A stretch of DNA of 57,269 nt from an uncultured Collinsella sp. GTDB taxonomy: Bacteria; Actinomycetota; Coriobacteriia; Coriobacteriales; Coriobacteriaceae. The stretch is from positions 1 to 57,269 of the forward strand of contig CAUEUQ010000001.1 of the NCBI GenBank assembly GCA_959021215.1, given 5' to 3'. The translations under genes and the position numbers were made by a program. The notes beneath the pieces are model-generated. The model saw nothing but the letters and a program-made list of their open reading frames with translations. It made no database searches and was not told the DNA's origin. This document shows, in pieces, positions 26,905 to 37,883 of the stretch (the first letter of the stretch is position 1; each line of letters begins with the position of its first letter).

Positions 26905-29358
26905 TTACATCAAATCATAGGCGTCGACGTCAACGCTCACGCTCACGCCGCGCACGGAGCCCACCTCTTTGAGGCAGGCGTCGATATCATCAGAGACATG
27001 GTACCCCACGGGCGACTTCACAAGCAGATGGAAGCGGTAACGGTCCTTGGCTCTCTCGATTACACACGAAGCCGGGCCCAGCACCTGCGGCACGGCACTC
27101 CCCGCCCGCAAAAAGTCGGGCGCGGCGGCATGCCAGCGGCGCTTAAGAAGCTTTGCGATACGTCCGATGTAGTTCTGCGCGTCGTCTCGGTTCGCCGACC
27201 ACACCAAGATGTTGACCAGGCGAACAAACGGCGGGTACAGCGCGTCGCGGCGCTGATCCAGGTCGTAGTCGGTAAAGATCGAACGATCGTGCTCAGCGAC
27301 GGCGCGAATGACCGGATCCTCGGGCAGGTAGGTCTGGATGATAACCTCGCCGGGGCGATCGCCGCGGCCGGCACGGCCTGCAACCTGCTCCAGCAGATCG
27401 TAGGCGCGCTCCCCTGCGCGGAAGTCCGGCAGCTTGAGGGCAAAGTCGGCATTGACCACGCCCACAAGCGTGACCTCGGGAAAGTCAAGGCCCTTGGCGA
27501 TCATCTGCGTGCCCAGCAGCACCGCACAATCGGCGGCATCGAACTGCTCGAGCAGTTTTTTGTGCGCATCCTTGCCGCGCGTGGAATCGGCATCCATGCG
27601 AATGATGGCGACATCCTCGGGCAGCATCTGGTGCAGTGCGTCCTCGATCTGCTGAGTGCCCAGGCCCATTTTTGCCAGATAGCGGCTACCGCATTTGGGG
27701 CAACGACTCGTGGGCGCGGGATACGGCTGCACGCGCCAAGACGATCCGCAGGTGTGACACTGCAGCGTGTGCGTGCGCTCGTGATACGTAAGCGCGGTGG
27801 AGCAGTGGTTGCAGGTTGGGACGCAGCCGCACTCGCGGCACATCAGGAACGGCGCAAAGCCACGGCGGTTATGTAGTAGCACTGCCTTCTCGCGGCGCTC
27901 GACCACACGCTCCAGACCTTCCATCAAGGGTTTTGAGAACATAGAGCGGCTGCCGTGCGAGAACTCGCGGCGCAGGTCGGCAATGCGGACTGTCGGCAGC
28001 ACGGCGTGTCCCGGGCGCTCGGGCATCTCGACGCGCGTCCAGGTGGCACCGTTATACGTGCCACGGCGGCAGCGGTCGAGGGCCTCGGCCGAGGGCGTGG
28101 CGGAGCCCAACACGAGCGGGCAGCGGTAGCGCCGCGCCATCTCGGCCGCCACCTCGCGCGCATGGTAGCGCGGACTAGAGCCCTGCTTGTAGCTGGTCTC
28201 GTGCTCCTCGTCGATGATGATGAGACCCAAGTCGCTGAGCGGGCAAAAGAGCGCCGAGCGGGCGCCGACTACCACGCGGGCCGCACCGCTGGCGACCATA
28301 TCCCACTGGTCCAGACGCTCGCCGGCCGAAAGGCGCGAATGGAACACGGCGACCGTCTCGCCAAAGCGCGAACGGAAGCGGCCGACGGTCTGGGCCGTAA
28401 GCGAGATCTCGGGCACGAGCACGCAGGCCGAACGGCCGGTCGCCAGCACGCGCTCAATCGCCGAGAGGTAGACCTCGGTTTTGCCGGAGCCGGTGACGCC
28501 GTCGACCAGCACCACGTCGCCATGAGCGTCCAGACGGGCGCGCTCAATCTGCGCGAGTGCCTGTTGCTGGCCGTTGGTAAGAGAGACCGGCGCCTTGCCG
28601 CTTGCCGAGGACAGCGTGGTCTGCTCGCTGCAACCGCGCCAGGCACGGCGCTCCTCCACCACCACGACGCCGCGTTTTTCGAGCGCCTTGATGGTCGCCG
28701 ACATACTGTTATAGAGCAGGTTGAGGTCGCGCGTCGTGACCGGGCCGCACTGGAGCGCCTCGATGAGCTGACGCTGACGGACCGCGGTCTTTGGCGGCGT
28801 GTAGTCGAAACCCTCGGGCGTGAGCATGACCCAGCGGTTTTGGATGGGTTTAACGGCAGGGCGCTCAACGGTCCACACGCCGTCATCGCCCTTGACCACG
28901 CGCGGGCTTCCGCCCGGAGGCAAGAACAGGCGCAGGCACTCGGAAAGCGTCGCAACATACTCGCGGCTCATCCAACGTGCAATACGGGCGGACTCGGCGC
29001 CAAAGAGCGGTTTGCTGAGGATGGTCTCGATGGGCTTGATGCGCGCGGTGTCGAGGGTAATGTTGCCTTGCAAGTCGCCCAGTTCGGGCGCAATATCGAC
29101 GATATAGCCTGCGGCGGCACGGTTGCCAAAGTGGACCAGGACCGTGGATCCGATCTGCGCTTCGCTAGCAAGGGGTTGAGGAATGCCATAGGCAAACGGC
29201 TCGGACAGCGCACGCGTCGGGATGTCGAGAACCACGCTCGCATAGGCGGCGATGGGCTCAGGTGCGGGCTCGGGCTGCGCCGGGGCGGCGGCAGGAGCCG
29301 CGGACTTCGGAGCTTCCTCCGGTTCCGGCGAACCAAACAGCGAAAGTTGCTCGACCAT
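26905..29358 (-). CDS. priA: Primosomal protein N' (replication restart helicase)
   Basis: GVTGSGKTEVY, DEEHE, four CxxC, GTQMIAKGLDFP, QVAGRAGR. Confidence 0.96.
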   Translation of the reverse strand: MVEQLSLFGSPEPEEAPKSAAPAAAPAQPEPAPEPIAAYASVVLDIPTRALSEPFAYGIPQPLASEAQIGSTVLVHFGNRAAAGYIVDIAPELGDLQGNITLDTARIKPIETILSKPLFGAESARIARWMSREYVATLSECLRLFLPPGGSPRVVKGDDGVWTVERPAVKPIQNRWVMLTPEGFDYTPPKTAVRQRQLIEALQCGPVTTRDLNLLYNSMSATIKALEKRGVVVVEERRAWRGCSEQTTLSSASGKAPVSLTNGQQQALAQIERARLDAHGDVVLVDGVTGSGKTEVYLSAIERVLATGRSACVLVPEISLTAQTVGRFRSRFGETVAVFHSRLSAGERLDQWDMVASGAARVVVGARSALFCPLSDLGLIIIDEEHETSYKQGSSPRYHAREVAAEMARRYRCPLVLGSATPSAEALDRCRRGTYNGATWTRVEMPERPGHAVLPTVRIADLRREFSHGSRSMFSKPLMEGLERVVERREKAVLLHNRRGFAPFLMCRECGCVPTCNHCSTALTYHERTHTLQCHTCGSSWRVQPYPAPTSRCPKCGSRYLAKMGLGTQQIEDALHQMLPEDVAIIRMDADSTRGKDAHKKLLEQFDAADCAVLLGTQMIAKGLDFPEVTLVGVVNADFALKLPDFRAGERAYDLLEQVAGRAGRGDRPGEVIIQTYLPEDPVIRAVAEHDRSIFTDYDLDQRRDALYPPFVRLVNILVWSANRDDAQNYIGRIAKLLKRRWHAAAPDFLRAGSAVPQVLGPASCVIERAKDRYRFHLLVKSPVGYHVSDDIDACLKEVGSVRGVSVSVDVDAYDLM

Positions 29359-29389
29359 GGCCCCAGCACCTCCTATCCCATACGTCTAC

Positions 29390-29423
29390 AAAAACAAGAG
29401 CCCCGCTCGGGTGAACGGGGCTC
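29390..29423 (-). terminator. Intrinsic terminator after gltX
   Basis: Minus strand GAGCCCCG-TTCACCCGAG-CGGGGCTC-TTGTTTTT. Confidence 0.75.
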
Positions 29424-29446
29424 GGATACATACGTTTACGCTGCTG

Positions 29447-30922
29447 CTACAGCGCCATCGTGCGGGCGCGATCGATGCGCGCCAGGCAGTCGTCGCGACC
29501 GACGAGCGCCATGGTCTCGCCCAGCGGAGGGCTCACCATGTTGCCGCAGACGGCGACGCGCACGGCTTGGAACACCACGCGCTTCTTGAGGTCCATCTGC
29601 TCGGGCAGCGGCTCAAGCGCGGCGTCGATGTTGGCAGCCGTCCACTCGTCCACGCCCTCGAGCGCGGCCTTGGCGGCATCCAGAATGGCGCCCATGCCTT
29701 CCTTGGCCAGGCCCTTGTTAACTGACTTCTCGTCATACTCGAGCGTCTCGGCCGTAGCGAAGATGGGAGCGGCGACGGTCACGGCGTCGGCCGGCATCTT
29801 GGTGCGCGGCTTGACGATAGCGGCAAGCGCGTCGATCCAGTCCTCGCCGTACTCGACATTACCCTCGATGAGACCCGCCTCGTGCAGCTCGGGGACCATG
29901 ATCTCATCGGCAAACTGGGCGTCGGACATACCGTTGATGTACTCAGCGTTAACCCAATCGAGCTTTTTGGGATCGAAGGTCGCAGGGTTCTTGGAGATGC
30001 GGTCGAGCGAGAACTTGCTGGCCAGGACATCGCGCGGGATGATCGTGGTCTCGCCGTCGAGCGACCAGCCGAGCAGCGCCAAGTAGTTTACGAAGGCGTC
30101 GGACAGGTAGCCGGCGTCGCGGTACTCCTCCACGGAGGTGGCGCCGTGGCGCTTGGAGAGCTTTTTGCCGTCGGCGCCAAGGATCATGGAGATGTGGGCG
30201 AACGTGGGCACGGGAGCGCCGAGGGCCTCGTACACCATGACCTGACGCGGGGTGTTGGACAGATGGTCGTCGCCACGGATGACATGGGTGATCTTCATCA
30301 TGGCGTCGTCGACGACGGTCGCGAAGTTGTACGTGGGCGTGCCATCGGAGCGGAAGATGACAAAGTCGTCGAGCTCCTTGGCGTCGAAGGTCACCTCGCC
30401 GTGAACGGCGTCGTGGATGACGACATCGCCGCGGTCCTCGGGCACCTTGATGCGCAGGACGTAGGACTCGCCGGCCTCGATGCGGCGGCGGGCCTCCTCG
30501 GGATCAAGATCGCGGCAACGGCGCTGATAACCCTGGAAGGGGTCCTTGCGCTCCTGCGCGGCCTTGCGGTCGGCGTCGAGCTGCTCCTTGGTGCAGAAGC
30601 AGGGATAGGCCTTGCCCTCGTCCCAAAGCTTCTGGGCGGCCTGCTTGTACAGGTCCAGGCGCTCGGTCTGGGCGTAGGGGCCAAAATCGCCGCCCACCTC
30701 GGGACCCTCGTCCCAGTCCAGGCCCAGCCAACGCATGGCGCGCAGGATGATCTGCGTGTTTTCGTCGGTGGAGCGGGTGGGATCGGTGTCGTCGATGCGC
30801 AGGATGAACGTGCCGCCGTTTGCGCGGGCGAAAGCCCAGTTATAGATAGCGGTGCGGGCGCCGCCGATGTGCAGCTTGCCCGTCGGTGAGGGTGCAAAGC
30901 GGACGCGAACGTCTGATGCCAT
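29447..30922 (-). CDS. gltX: Glutamate--tRNA ligase
   Basis: RFAPSPTG, HIGG, LRIDDTD, KLSKR. Confidence 0.96.
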   Translation of the reverse strand: MASDVRVRFAPSPTGKLHIGGARTAIYNWAFARANGGTFILRIDDTDPTRSTDENTQIILRAMRWLGLDWDEGPEVGGDFGPYAQTERLDLYKQAAQKLWDEGKAYPCFCTKEQLDADRKAAQERKDPFQGYQRRCRDLDPEEARRRIEAGESYVLRIKVPEDRGDVVIHDAVHGEVTFDAKELDDFVIFRSDGTPTYNFATVVDDAMMKITHVIRGDDHLSNTPRQVMVYEALGAPVPTFAHISMILGADGKKLSKRHGATSVEEYRDAGYLSDAFVNYLALLGWSLDGETTIIPRDVLASKFSLDRISKNPATFDPKKLDWVNAEYINGMSDAQFADEIMVPELHEAGLIEGNVEYGEDWIDALAAIVKPRTKMPADAVTVAAPIFATAETLEYDEKSVNKGLAKEGMGAILDAAKAALEGVDEWTAANIDAALEPLPEQMDLKKRVVFQAVRVAVCGNMVSPPLGETMALVGRDDCLARIDRARTMAL

Positions 30923-31002
30923 GGAAATCTCCTCGATTGCAGGATGGATGTCTAACCGCACCAGTATAAAGCATCAAAGCAACCTCCGCACAAAGGGCAC
31001 CG

Positions 31003-31101
31003 ACCTACTCATTGGGGACAGACTTAAATGACCAGTCATTGGACAACCTGTCGGCACTTAGTTTAAGGCTGGTCATTTAAGTCTGTCCCCAATGAGTAGG
31101 T
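31003..31101. repeat. 99-bp element with 33-bp perfect inverted arms
   Basis: ACCTACTCATTGGGGACAGACTTAAATGACCAG at 31003-31035, reverse complement at 31069-31101. Confidence 0.9.
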
Positions 31102-31206
31102 GCGGAAAGGGTGTGAATGTTTGATTTACGCGCTATGATGAGCCCTTGCATAGAGAGCCCGGCGGAATGGTAACGGTCGCCGGGACACGTTTTTGAAAGG
31201 ACAATC

Positions 31207-32487
<1,281 letters not shown>

Positions 32488-32524
32488 GCTAACTCGAAAA
32501 GCTACAGCCAAATAACAACGCACC

Positions 32525-32562
32525 AAAAGAAGTACCGGCCCCAACCGGTACTTCTTTTTTTT
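32525..32562 (+). terminator. Intrinsic terminator after metK
   Basis: AAAAGAAGTACCGG-CCCCAA-CCGGTACTTCTTTTTTTT. Confidence 0.88.
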
Positions 32563-32652
32563 AAAGGTTGTGAAGATGAGCCTACCTGGGACATGGAATA
32601 AATCACAGGCCGATAAATTTTGCAGCAGAGCGACTCCAGCCATGTATCCTAA

Positions 32653-32773
32653 GTTCCGAGGGCTTTGGTATTTGGTCGGTCGCGAGTTCCGCACGAGCCG
32701 GAGGCCACTTAATGTGGCCTCCGTGCGAGCCAGGACTGTAGAGCAGGCGACCAAATACCAAAGCCCTCGGAAC
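32653..32773. repeat. 121-bp element with 26-bp perfect inverted arms and an inner hairpin
   Basis: GTTCCGAGGGCTTTGGTATTTGGTCG / CGACCAAATACCAAAGCCCTCGGAAC; inner CGGAGGCCAC-TTAAT-GTGGCCTCCG. Confidence 0.88.
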
Positions 32774-32827
32774 GACGGGACAAGTATGCCCCGCCCCTCG
32801 GAACGACGGGATAGAACAGGAGCACCC

Positions 32828-34435
32828 ATGGCAGGCAAGCCGCAAACACTAGCTACGACCTCGGCATTCGAAATCTTGGGCCCCGTCATGGTCGGCCCCA
32901 GCTCATCGCACACCGCCGGCGCCCTGCGGTGCGCCCAAGTTGCTGCCAGCCTGCTGGAAGGCCGCATCACCAAAGTCACCTTTGGCCTGTGGAACTCCTT
33001 CGCCCACACCTACCGCGGCCACGGCACCGACCGCGCGCTCGTCGCAGGCATCCTGGGCCTCGACACCGATGACGAGAACATCAAGCAGGCCTTCGACCTC
33101 GCACGCGAGCAGGGCCTCGAATATCACTTTGGCATCAAGGGCGACGACGCCTCCATCCACCCCAATACCGTCGACATCGACATGGTCGACGACACGGGCG
33201 CCACGGCACAGGTCCGCGGCGAGAGCCTGGGAGGCGGCAAGATGCGCATCAGCCGCATTAACGGCGTCGGCGTCGACATCTCGGGCATGTATTCCACGCT
33301 CTTCGTGGCGCACAAGGACGTTCCCGGCGTGCTCGCCGCGCTCACCAACCTGCTCGCCTACGCCCATGTAAACATCGCCTTCTGCCGCACCTACCGCACC
33401 GAAGTGGGCGGCCAGGCCTACTCCGTCTTTGAGACCGACGGCGCGCCCGACGACACCGTCGTCCCCATGCTCCGCAAGCTCGACAATGTCGATTACGCGA
33501 CCTTTATCGAGCTCCCCGGTTCTGCCTCGTCGCTCTCCCCCGGCGTCTCGGCTAAGGAGATCTTCGACGACGGCGAGCAGCTGCTCGATGCGTGCGAGGA
33601 ACTGGGACTCAGCATCGGTGCCGTCATGGCCGTTCGCGAGGCACGTCTGACCGGCGAGGCCCACGCCGTCGCCGCCATGCGCCGCGTGCTCGACGTCATG
33701 CGCGAGGAGACAACGGCCCCCATCGCCAATCCGCAGCGCTCGCTCGGCGGGCTTATCGGCGGCGAGGCCAAGCTCGTCGAAGCAACCCGCTGCAACGATT
33801 TGAGTGAAAGCCTGATGGGCCCCGTCCAGACCGAAGCCGTGGCCCGCGCCATGGCCGTGCTCGAGCGCTCCGCCACCATGGGCGTGATCGTCGCAGCTCC
33901 GACGGCAGGATCCGCGGGTGTCGTGCCCGGCTGCGTGCTGGCGCTCGCCGATCACCTTCAGCTCGACGACGAGCAAGTCATGGACGCGCTCTACTGCGCA
34001 GCCGCCATCGGCCTCAACCTCACCACAAGCGCCTGCGTTGCCGGCGCCGAGGGCGGCTGCCAAGCCGAGGTCGGAAGCGCCGCCGCCATGGCAGCCGCCG
34101 CGCTGGTGCAGATGCTCGGCGGCACGCCCGAGCAGGCGCTTGACGCCAGTTCCATCGCGCTGAGTAACCTGCTGGGCCTCGTTTGTGACCCCGTCGGTGG
34201 CCTCGTGGAGGTGCCCTGCCAAAACCGCAACGCCATCGGCGTGGCAGCGGCCTTTAGCTCGGCACAACTCGCCCTCGCAGGCATTAAGAGCCTGGTGCCG
34301 TTTGACCAGATGGCACATGTCATGCTCTCAGTGGGCCACGCGTTGCCGGCCACGCTGCGCGAGACGGCAAAGGGCGGCATCGCGCAGGCTCCGGCCGCAC
34401 TTTCGGCCTGTGCAAAATGCGGTGTGTGCGGATAG
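32828..34435 (+). CDS. sdaA: Fe-S L-serine dehydratase, fused beta(ACT)-alpha subunits
   Basis: GPVMVGPSSSHTAGA, GHGTD, ACT segment, APTAGSAG, GGCQAEVG, CDPVGGLVEVPC; AGGAG RBS before 32828. Confidence 0.92.
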   Translation: MAGKPQTLATTSAFEILGPVMVGPSSSHTAGALRCAQVAASLLEGRITKVTFGLWNSFAHTYRGHGTDRALVAGILGLDTDDENIKQAFDLAREQGLEYHFGIKGDDASIHPNTVDIDMVDDTGATAQVRGESLGGGKMRISRINGVGVDISGMYSTLFVAHKDVPGVLAALTNLLAYAHVNIAFCRTYRTEVGGQAYSVFETDGAPDDTVVPMLRKLDNVDYATFIELPGSASSLSPGVSAKEIFDDGEQLLDACEELGLSIGAVMAVREARLTGEAHAVAAMRRVLDVMREETTAPIANPQRSLGGLIGGEAKLVEATRCNDLSESLMGPVQTEAVARAMAVLERSATMGVIVAAPTAGSAGVVPGCVLALADHLQLDDEQVMDALYCAAAIGLNLTTSACVAGAEGGCQAEVGSAAAMAAAALVQMLGGTPEQALDASSIALSNLLGLVCDPVGGLVEVPCQNRNAIGVAAAFSSAQLALAGIKSLVPFDQMAHVMLSVGHALPATLRETAKGGIAQAPAALSACAKCGVCG

Positions 34436-34453
34436 CGGCAAAGAACGACTCAA

Positions 34454-34480
34454 AGGTGGGACAAATGTCCCACCTCTTTT
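34454..34480 (+). terminator. Probable terminator hairpin after sdaA
   Basis: AGGTGGGACA-AA-TGTCCCACCT-CTTTT. Confidence 0.6.
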
Positions 34481-34584
34481 GAATGCCACCGTTTCCGTAC
34501 CACAAACAGCAGGGCAATCGCTATAATGCAAGCCCAGTAAAAACACGATGAACCGCAAGGCGAAAATCGAAGGATATGCATACG

Positions 34585-36318
34585 ATGTCGCAAAACGATC
34601 GAACTCAACTGATTCCCGATCCGCAGCAGCCGAGCAGGCACACCGGCGGCGTTCAGTCGCCGCGTCCTATCGCGCTGAGCCACGGTCAGCAGCGTGGTGC
34701 GGCAAACGCTTCCCAACGCCCGAACCAACAGCGACAGCAGCGTCAACAACGTCAGCAGCGCCAGGCAAACGGCAATGCGCCCAAGCAGCCCCCCACGCAC
34801 GCTCGAGGCGATCGCGGCCCCGCGCGCAAACCCGCCGAGAACAATAAGTCGGGCAAAAAGACGACGCTCTTTGTCATCCTGGGTCTAATCGTCATTGTCT
34901 ATATCGTAGGCGTCGTAGCGTTTTCGCAGGTAGCCTACCCCAACACCACCATTGCCGGCGTCGACGTCTCCTTCTCCAACGCTTCGTCTGCCGCAACCAA
35001 GGTCAACTCGGCATGGAAGCACTATAAGCTCACCGTGACAGGCGATGACTTTAGCTGGACCTATCAGCCCGACTCCGATGAGCCCATCGTCGACGGCGAA
35101 GCTGCCGCAAAAGAGATTATCGGCCACAACGAGGCCTTTATATGGCCGGTCCGCCTTGTGGAATCCTTAAGCGGCAAGACCAAAACAACCGCTACCTCCA
35201 ACGAAGTCGATCTTGATCAAGACGTCGACCTGTCCATGCTCTCCGGCACCTTTGACCATAAGAAATTTGAGAAGGATCTGGGCGCCGCCATCGACGAGTT
35301 TAACGAGGGGCGTTCGGGCACGTTCGAGGCCAATAGCTCCTATGACGAGCAAGCGGGCAAGTTTACCGTCGAGAAGGCGCGCTCCAACGAAAAACTCAAC
35401 CGCGAGCACGTCATTAAGTATGCCGAGCTCGAACTTGCCTCGCTGGCCGAGACCGTAGATCTTTCCAAGCTCGGCAACGATGCCTATGAGCCGCTCAATG
35501 GAACGCTGACCGATGATCAGATTCAGGCCGCATGCGATGCCGCCAACAACTTCCTAGGCGTCAACGTGACCCTCAAGCTCAACGGCGAGGATGCCGGCAA
35601 GGTTGATGGCAGCTCCGTATTGCAGTGGATCAGCTTTGCCGATCCCGCCAACCCCACACTCGATACGACGCAGATCAGCAGCTGGGCAGCCGAGCTCGCC
35701 AACGGCTTTAATACCGTGGGCTCCACTCGCTGGTGGACGCGCGCCGATGGCAAGCAGTGCGCCGTCGAAGGCGGTGACTTTGGTTGGTCCATCGACAGCA
35801 GCTCGCTCGCCAAGCAGGTCGAGGACGCCATTAACAACAAACAGACCGGCGAAATCGAGATCAAGTACTCCCAGAAGGCCGACACCTTTACCGCAAAGGG
35901 AGAGCCCGACTGGAAGGCGTATATCGACGTCGACCTGTCCGAGCAGCACGCGCGCTACTATGACGAGAACGGTAATATCGTTTGGGAGGCCAACTTTATT
36001 TCCGGCAAACCGGGCGAAGACGCAACCCCCGAGGGCGTGTGGCAGATCAACAGCAACGACGGCGGCAGCACCCTGATTGGAGCCAAGGACCCCGAAACCG
36101 GTAAGCCCAAATACGAGAGCCCGGTGAGCTACTGGATGCCGTTTGAGGGCAACATGATCGGCTTCCACGATGCCACCTGGCAAAACGACAAGAGCTTCGA
36201 TAACGCCGAGTCGTACAAGTGGTGCGGCAGCCACGGCTGCATCAACCTGCGCCTGGCCGACGCCAAGGCACTTCACGACTGCATCAAAGTCGGCCTGTGC
36301 GTGGTTGTCCACTCGTAG
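34585..36318 (+). CDS. Membrane-anchored L,D-transpeptidase (YkuD family)
   Basis: Gln/Arg-rich N-terminus, one TM helix, IDVDLSEQH, TPEG, FHDA, SHGCINL catalytic motif. Confidence 0.9.
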   Translation: MSQNDRTQLIPDPQQPSRHTGGVQSPRPIALSHGQQRGAANASQRPNQQRQQRQQRQQRQANGNAPKQPPTHARGDRGPARKPAENNKSGKKTTLFVILGLIVIVYIVGVVAFSQVAYPNTTIAGVDVSFSNASSAATKVNSAWKHYKLTVTGDDFSWTYQPDSDEPIVDGEAAAKEIIGHNEAFIWPVRLVESLSGKTKTTATSNEVDLDQDVDLSMLSGTFDHKKFEKDLGAAIDEFNEGRSGTFEANSSYDEQAGKFTVEKARSNEKLNREHVIKYAELELASLAETVDLSKLGNDAYEPLNGTLTDDQIQAACDAANNFLGVNVTLKLNGEDAGKVDGSSVLQWISFADPANPTLDTTQISSWAAELANGFNTVGSTRWWTRADGKQCAVEGGDFGWSIDSSSLAKQVEDAINNKQTGEIEIKYSQKADTFTAKGEPDWKAYIDVDLSEQHARYYDENGNIVWEANFISGKPGEDATPEGVWQINSNDGGSTLIGAKDPETGKPKYESPVSYWMPFEGNMIGFHDATWQNDKSFDNAESYKWCGSHGCINLRLADAKALHDCIKVGLCVVVHS

Positions 36319-36449
36319 TGCAACGCGCGCATTCCTACAACGTGGAACTGCTGCGACCAATCTAACAGTTCCGAAAGAAACCGTCCTATGCGCCCGCCCC
36401 AACCGGTGGGCGCTTATAATTATCGAGGTTTTTCTATAAAGGAGACGCT

Positions 36450-37883
36450 ATGCCGAATGTCCCCACGATCACCCCGGGCCCAGATGATACCGAGTGCACG
36501 CCCGAAGGTGCCACCGAAACGATTCCTCTGATTACAAACGTACATGCCGACAAGCAGAGCGAACGCACGAACGATACGGCCGAGATTTCCGATGAAGAGG
36601 CATATGCCAAGCTCAAGGCAAAACGCGCCGAACGTCGACACAAAAAGCTGATTCGACGCGGTATTGCCGCCGGCGTCGTAGGTGCCATCGCACTCATTGC
36701 CATTGTCGCAACCTTGGTTATCAATGCGCAGCCACAGAGCGCTAGCGGGGCTGTGACCGACATGGTGACCGAGGGCACGTTTAGCACAACGGTCGAGGCG
36801 AAAGGCCAGCTCAAACCCATTTCATCCTCAGTGGTCTCCCCTTCTGTCGACGGCACGGTCGATTCGATCAACGTGCAGGCAGGCCAATCCGTCAGCGAGG
36901 GCGACGTGCTTATGACCATTAAAAACGACGATCTCGATCGCAACGTTGCCGAGGCGCAGCGTGCAGTTGCAGCCGCCCAGGAAGACCTCACCAACGCGCA
37001 GAAAGCCGCCGCTGTCGCGCAGGCCACCCCAACGACGGACGTCGATGGAGCTTCCGCAGCGGCTGGCGTCTCCGCTGCATCAGTGGACACGAACGCCGTA
37101 TCGGCCGCGCAGCGCAGCCTCGCTTCGGCCCAGGCAAACCTAGACCAGGCGAACGCCAAGGCCGCCAGTCGCACGGTCACGGCCCCGAGCTCGGGCAGCA
37201 TCGTGGAGCTCAACGCCAAGGTGGGCGCCACGGTAACAGGCGGCATGATCATGGGCGAAAGCGATACGAGCGGCGGCAAGCAGTGCATGCAGATCGCCGA
37301 CCTATCCAAGATGAAGGTGACCGTGCAGGTGGGCGAAAAGAACATCGCCAAGATCGCCGTTGGGCAGAGCGCCAACGTCACGTATCCCGCGTTTCCCGAT
37401 ATCGTGAGCCAGGGCACCGTCACGGCTATCGCGTCGGTGGCAAACTCCGACGCCGCCAACGGCGGCGGCAGCGTGACCTTTAACGTCGACATCCTCATCG
37501 AGGCGCCCGACGCGCGCCTGAAGCCGGGCATGACGGCCGAGGTATCGGTGGTGACCGAGCAGCTCGACGACGTGGTGATGGTGCCGACGATGGCGCTCAT
37601 GACCGAAGACGGCGAACACTATTACGTCAACGTGGCAACCGATGACGAAGGCAAGGAAACGCGCCGCGTCAAGGTGACCGTCGTGACGCAAAACGACAAC
37701 GAAGCCGTAGTCGGCAAGACACAGGTCAAGCGCGACGACCAGGGCAACGAGATCAACCCCAACGTACCGGTTACCAAGCTGCGCGATGGCGACACGCTCG
37801 TCATGGACACCGGAGCGGACGCAACGGCTGACGGCGGCTACAGCGCGGATTCGGGCAGTATGTCTGCCGATGAGGACATGTAA
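36450..37883 (+). CDS. Efflux adaptor / membrane fusion protein (MacA-like)
   Basis: TM helix, lipoyl-like GQSVSEGDVL, TVTAPSSG, LKPGMTA. Confidence 0.88.
   Translation: MPNVPTITPGPDDTECTPEGATETIPLITNVHADKQSERTNDTAEISDEEAYAKLKAKRAERRHKKLIRRGIAAGVVGAIALIAIVATLVINAQPQSASGAVTDMVTEGTFSTTVEAKGQLKPISSSVVSPSVDGTVDSINVQAGQSVSEGDVLMTIKNDDLDRNVAEAQRAVAAAQEDLTNAQKAAAVAQATPTTDVDGASAAAGVSAASVDTNAVSAAQRSLASAQANLDQANAKAASRTVTAPSSGSIVELNAKVGATVTGGMIMGESDTSGGKQCMQIADLSKMKVTVQVGEKNIAKIAVGQSANVTYPAFPDIVSQGTVTAIASVANSDAANGGGSVTFNVDILIEAPDARLKPGMTAEVSVVTEQLDDVVMVPTMALMTEDGEHYYVNVATDDEGKETRRVKVTVVTQNDNEAVVGKTQVKRDDQGNEINPNVPVTKLRDGDTLVMDTGADATADGGYSADSGSMSADEDM

Noticed and set aside
32570..32827. 86-aa N-terminal extension of the serine dehydratase ORF
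   Set aside because: Reads through the palindromic element; an RBS-supported ATG lies at 32828
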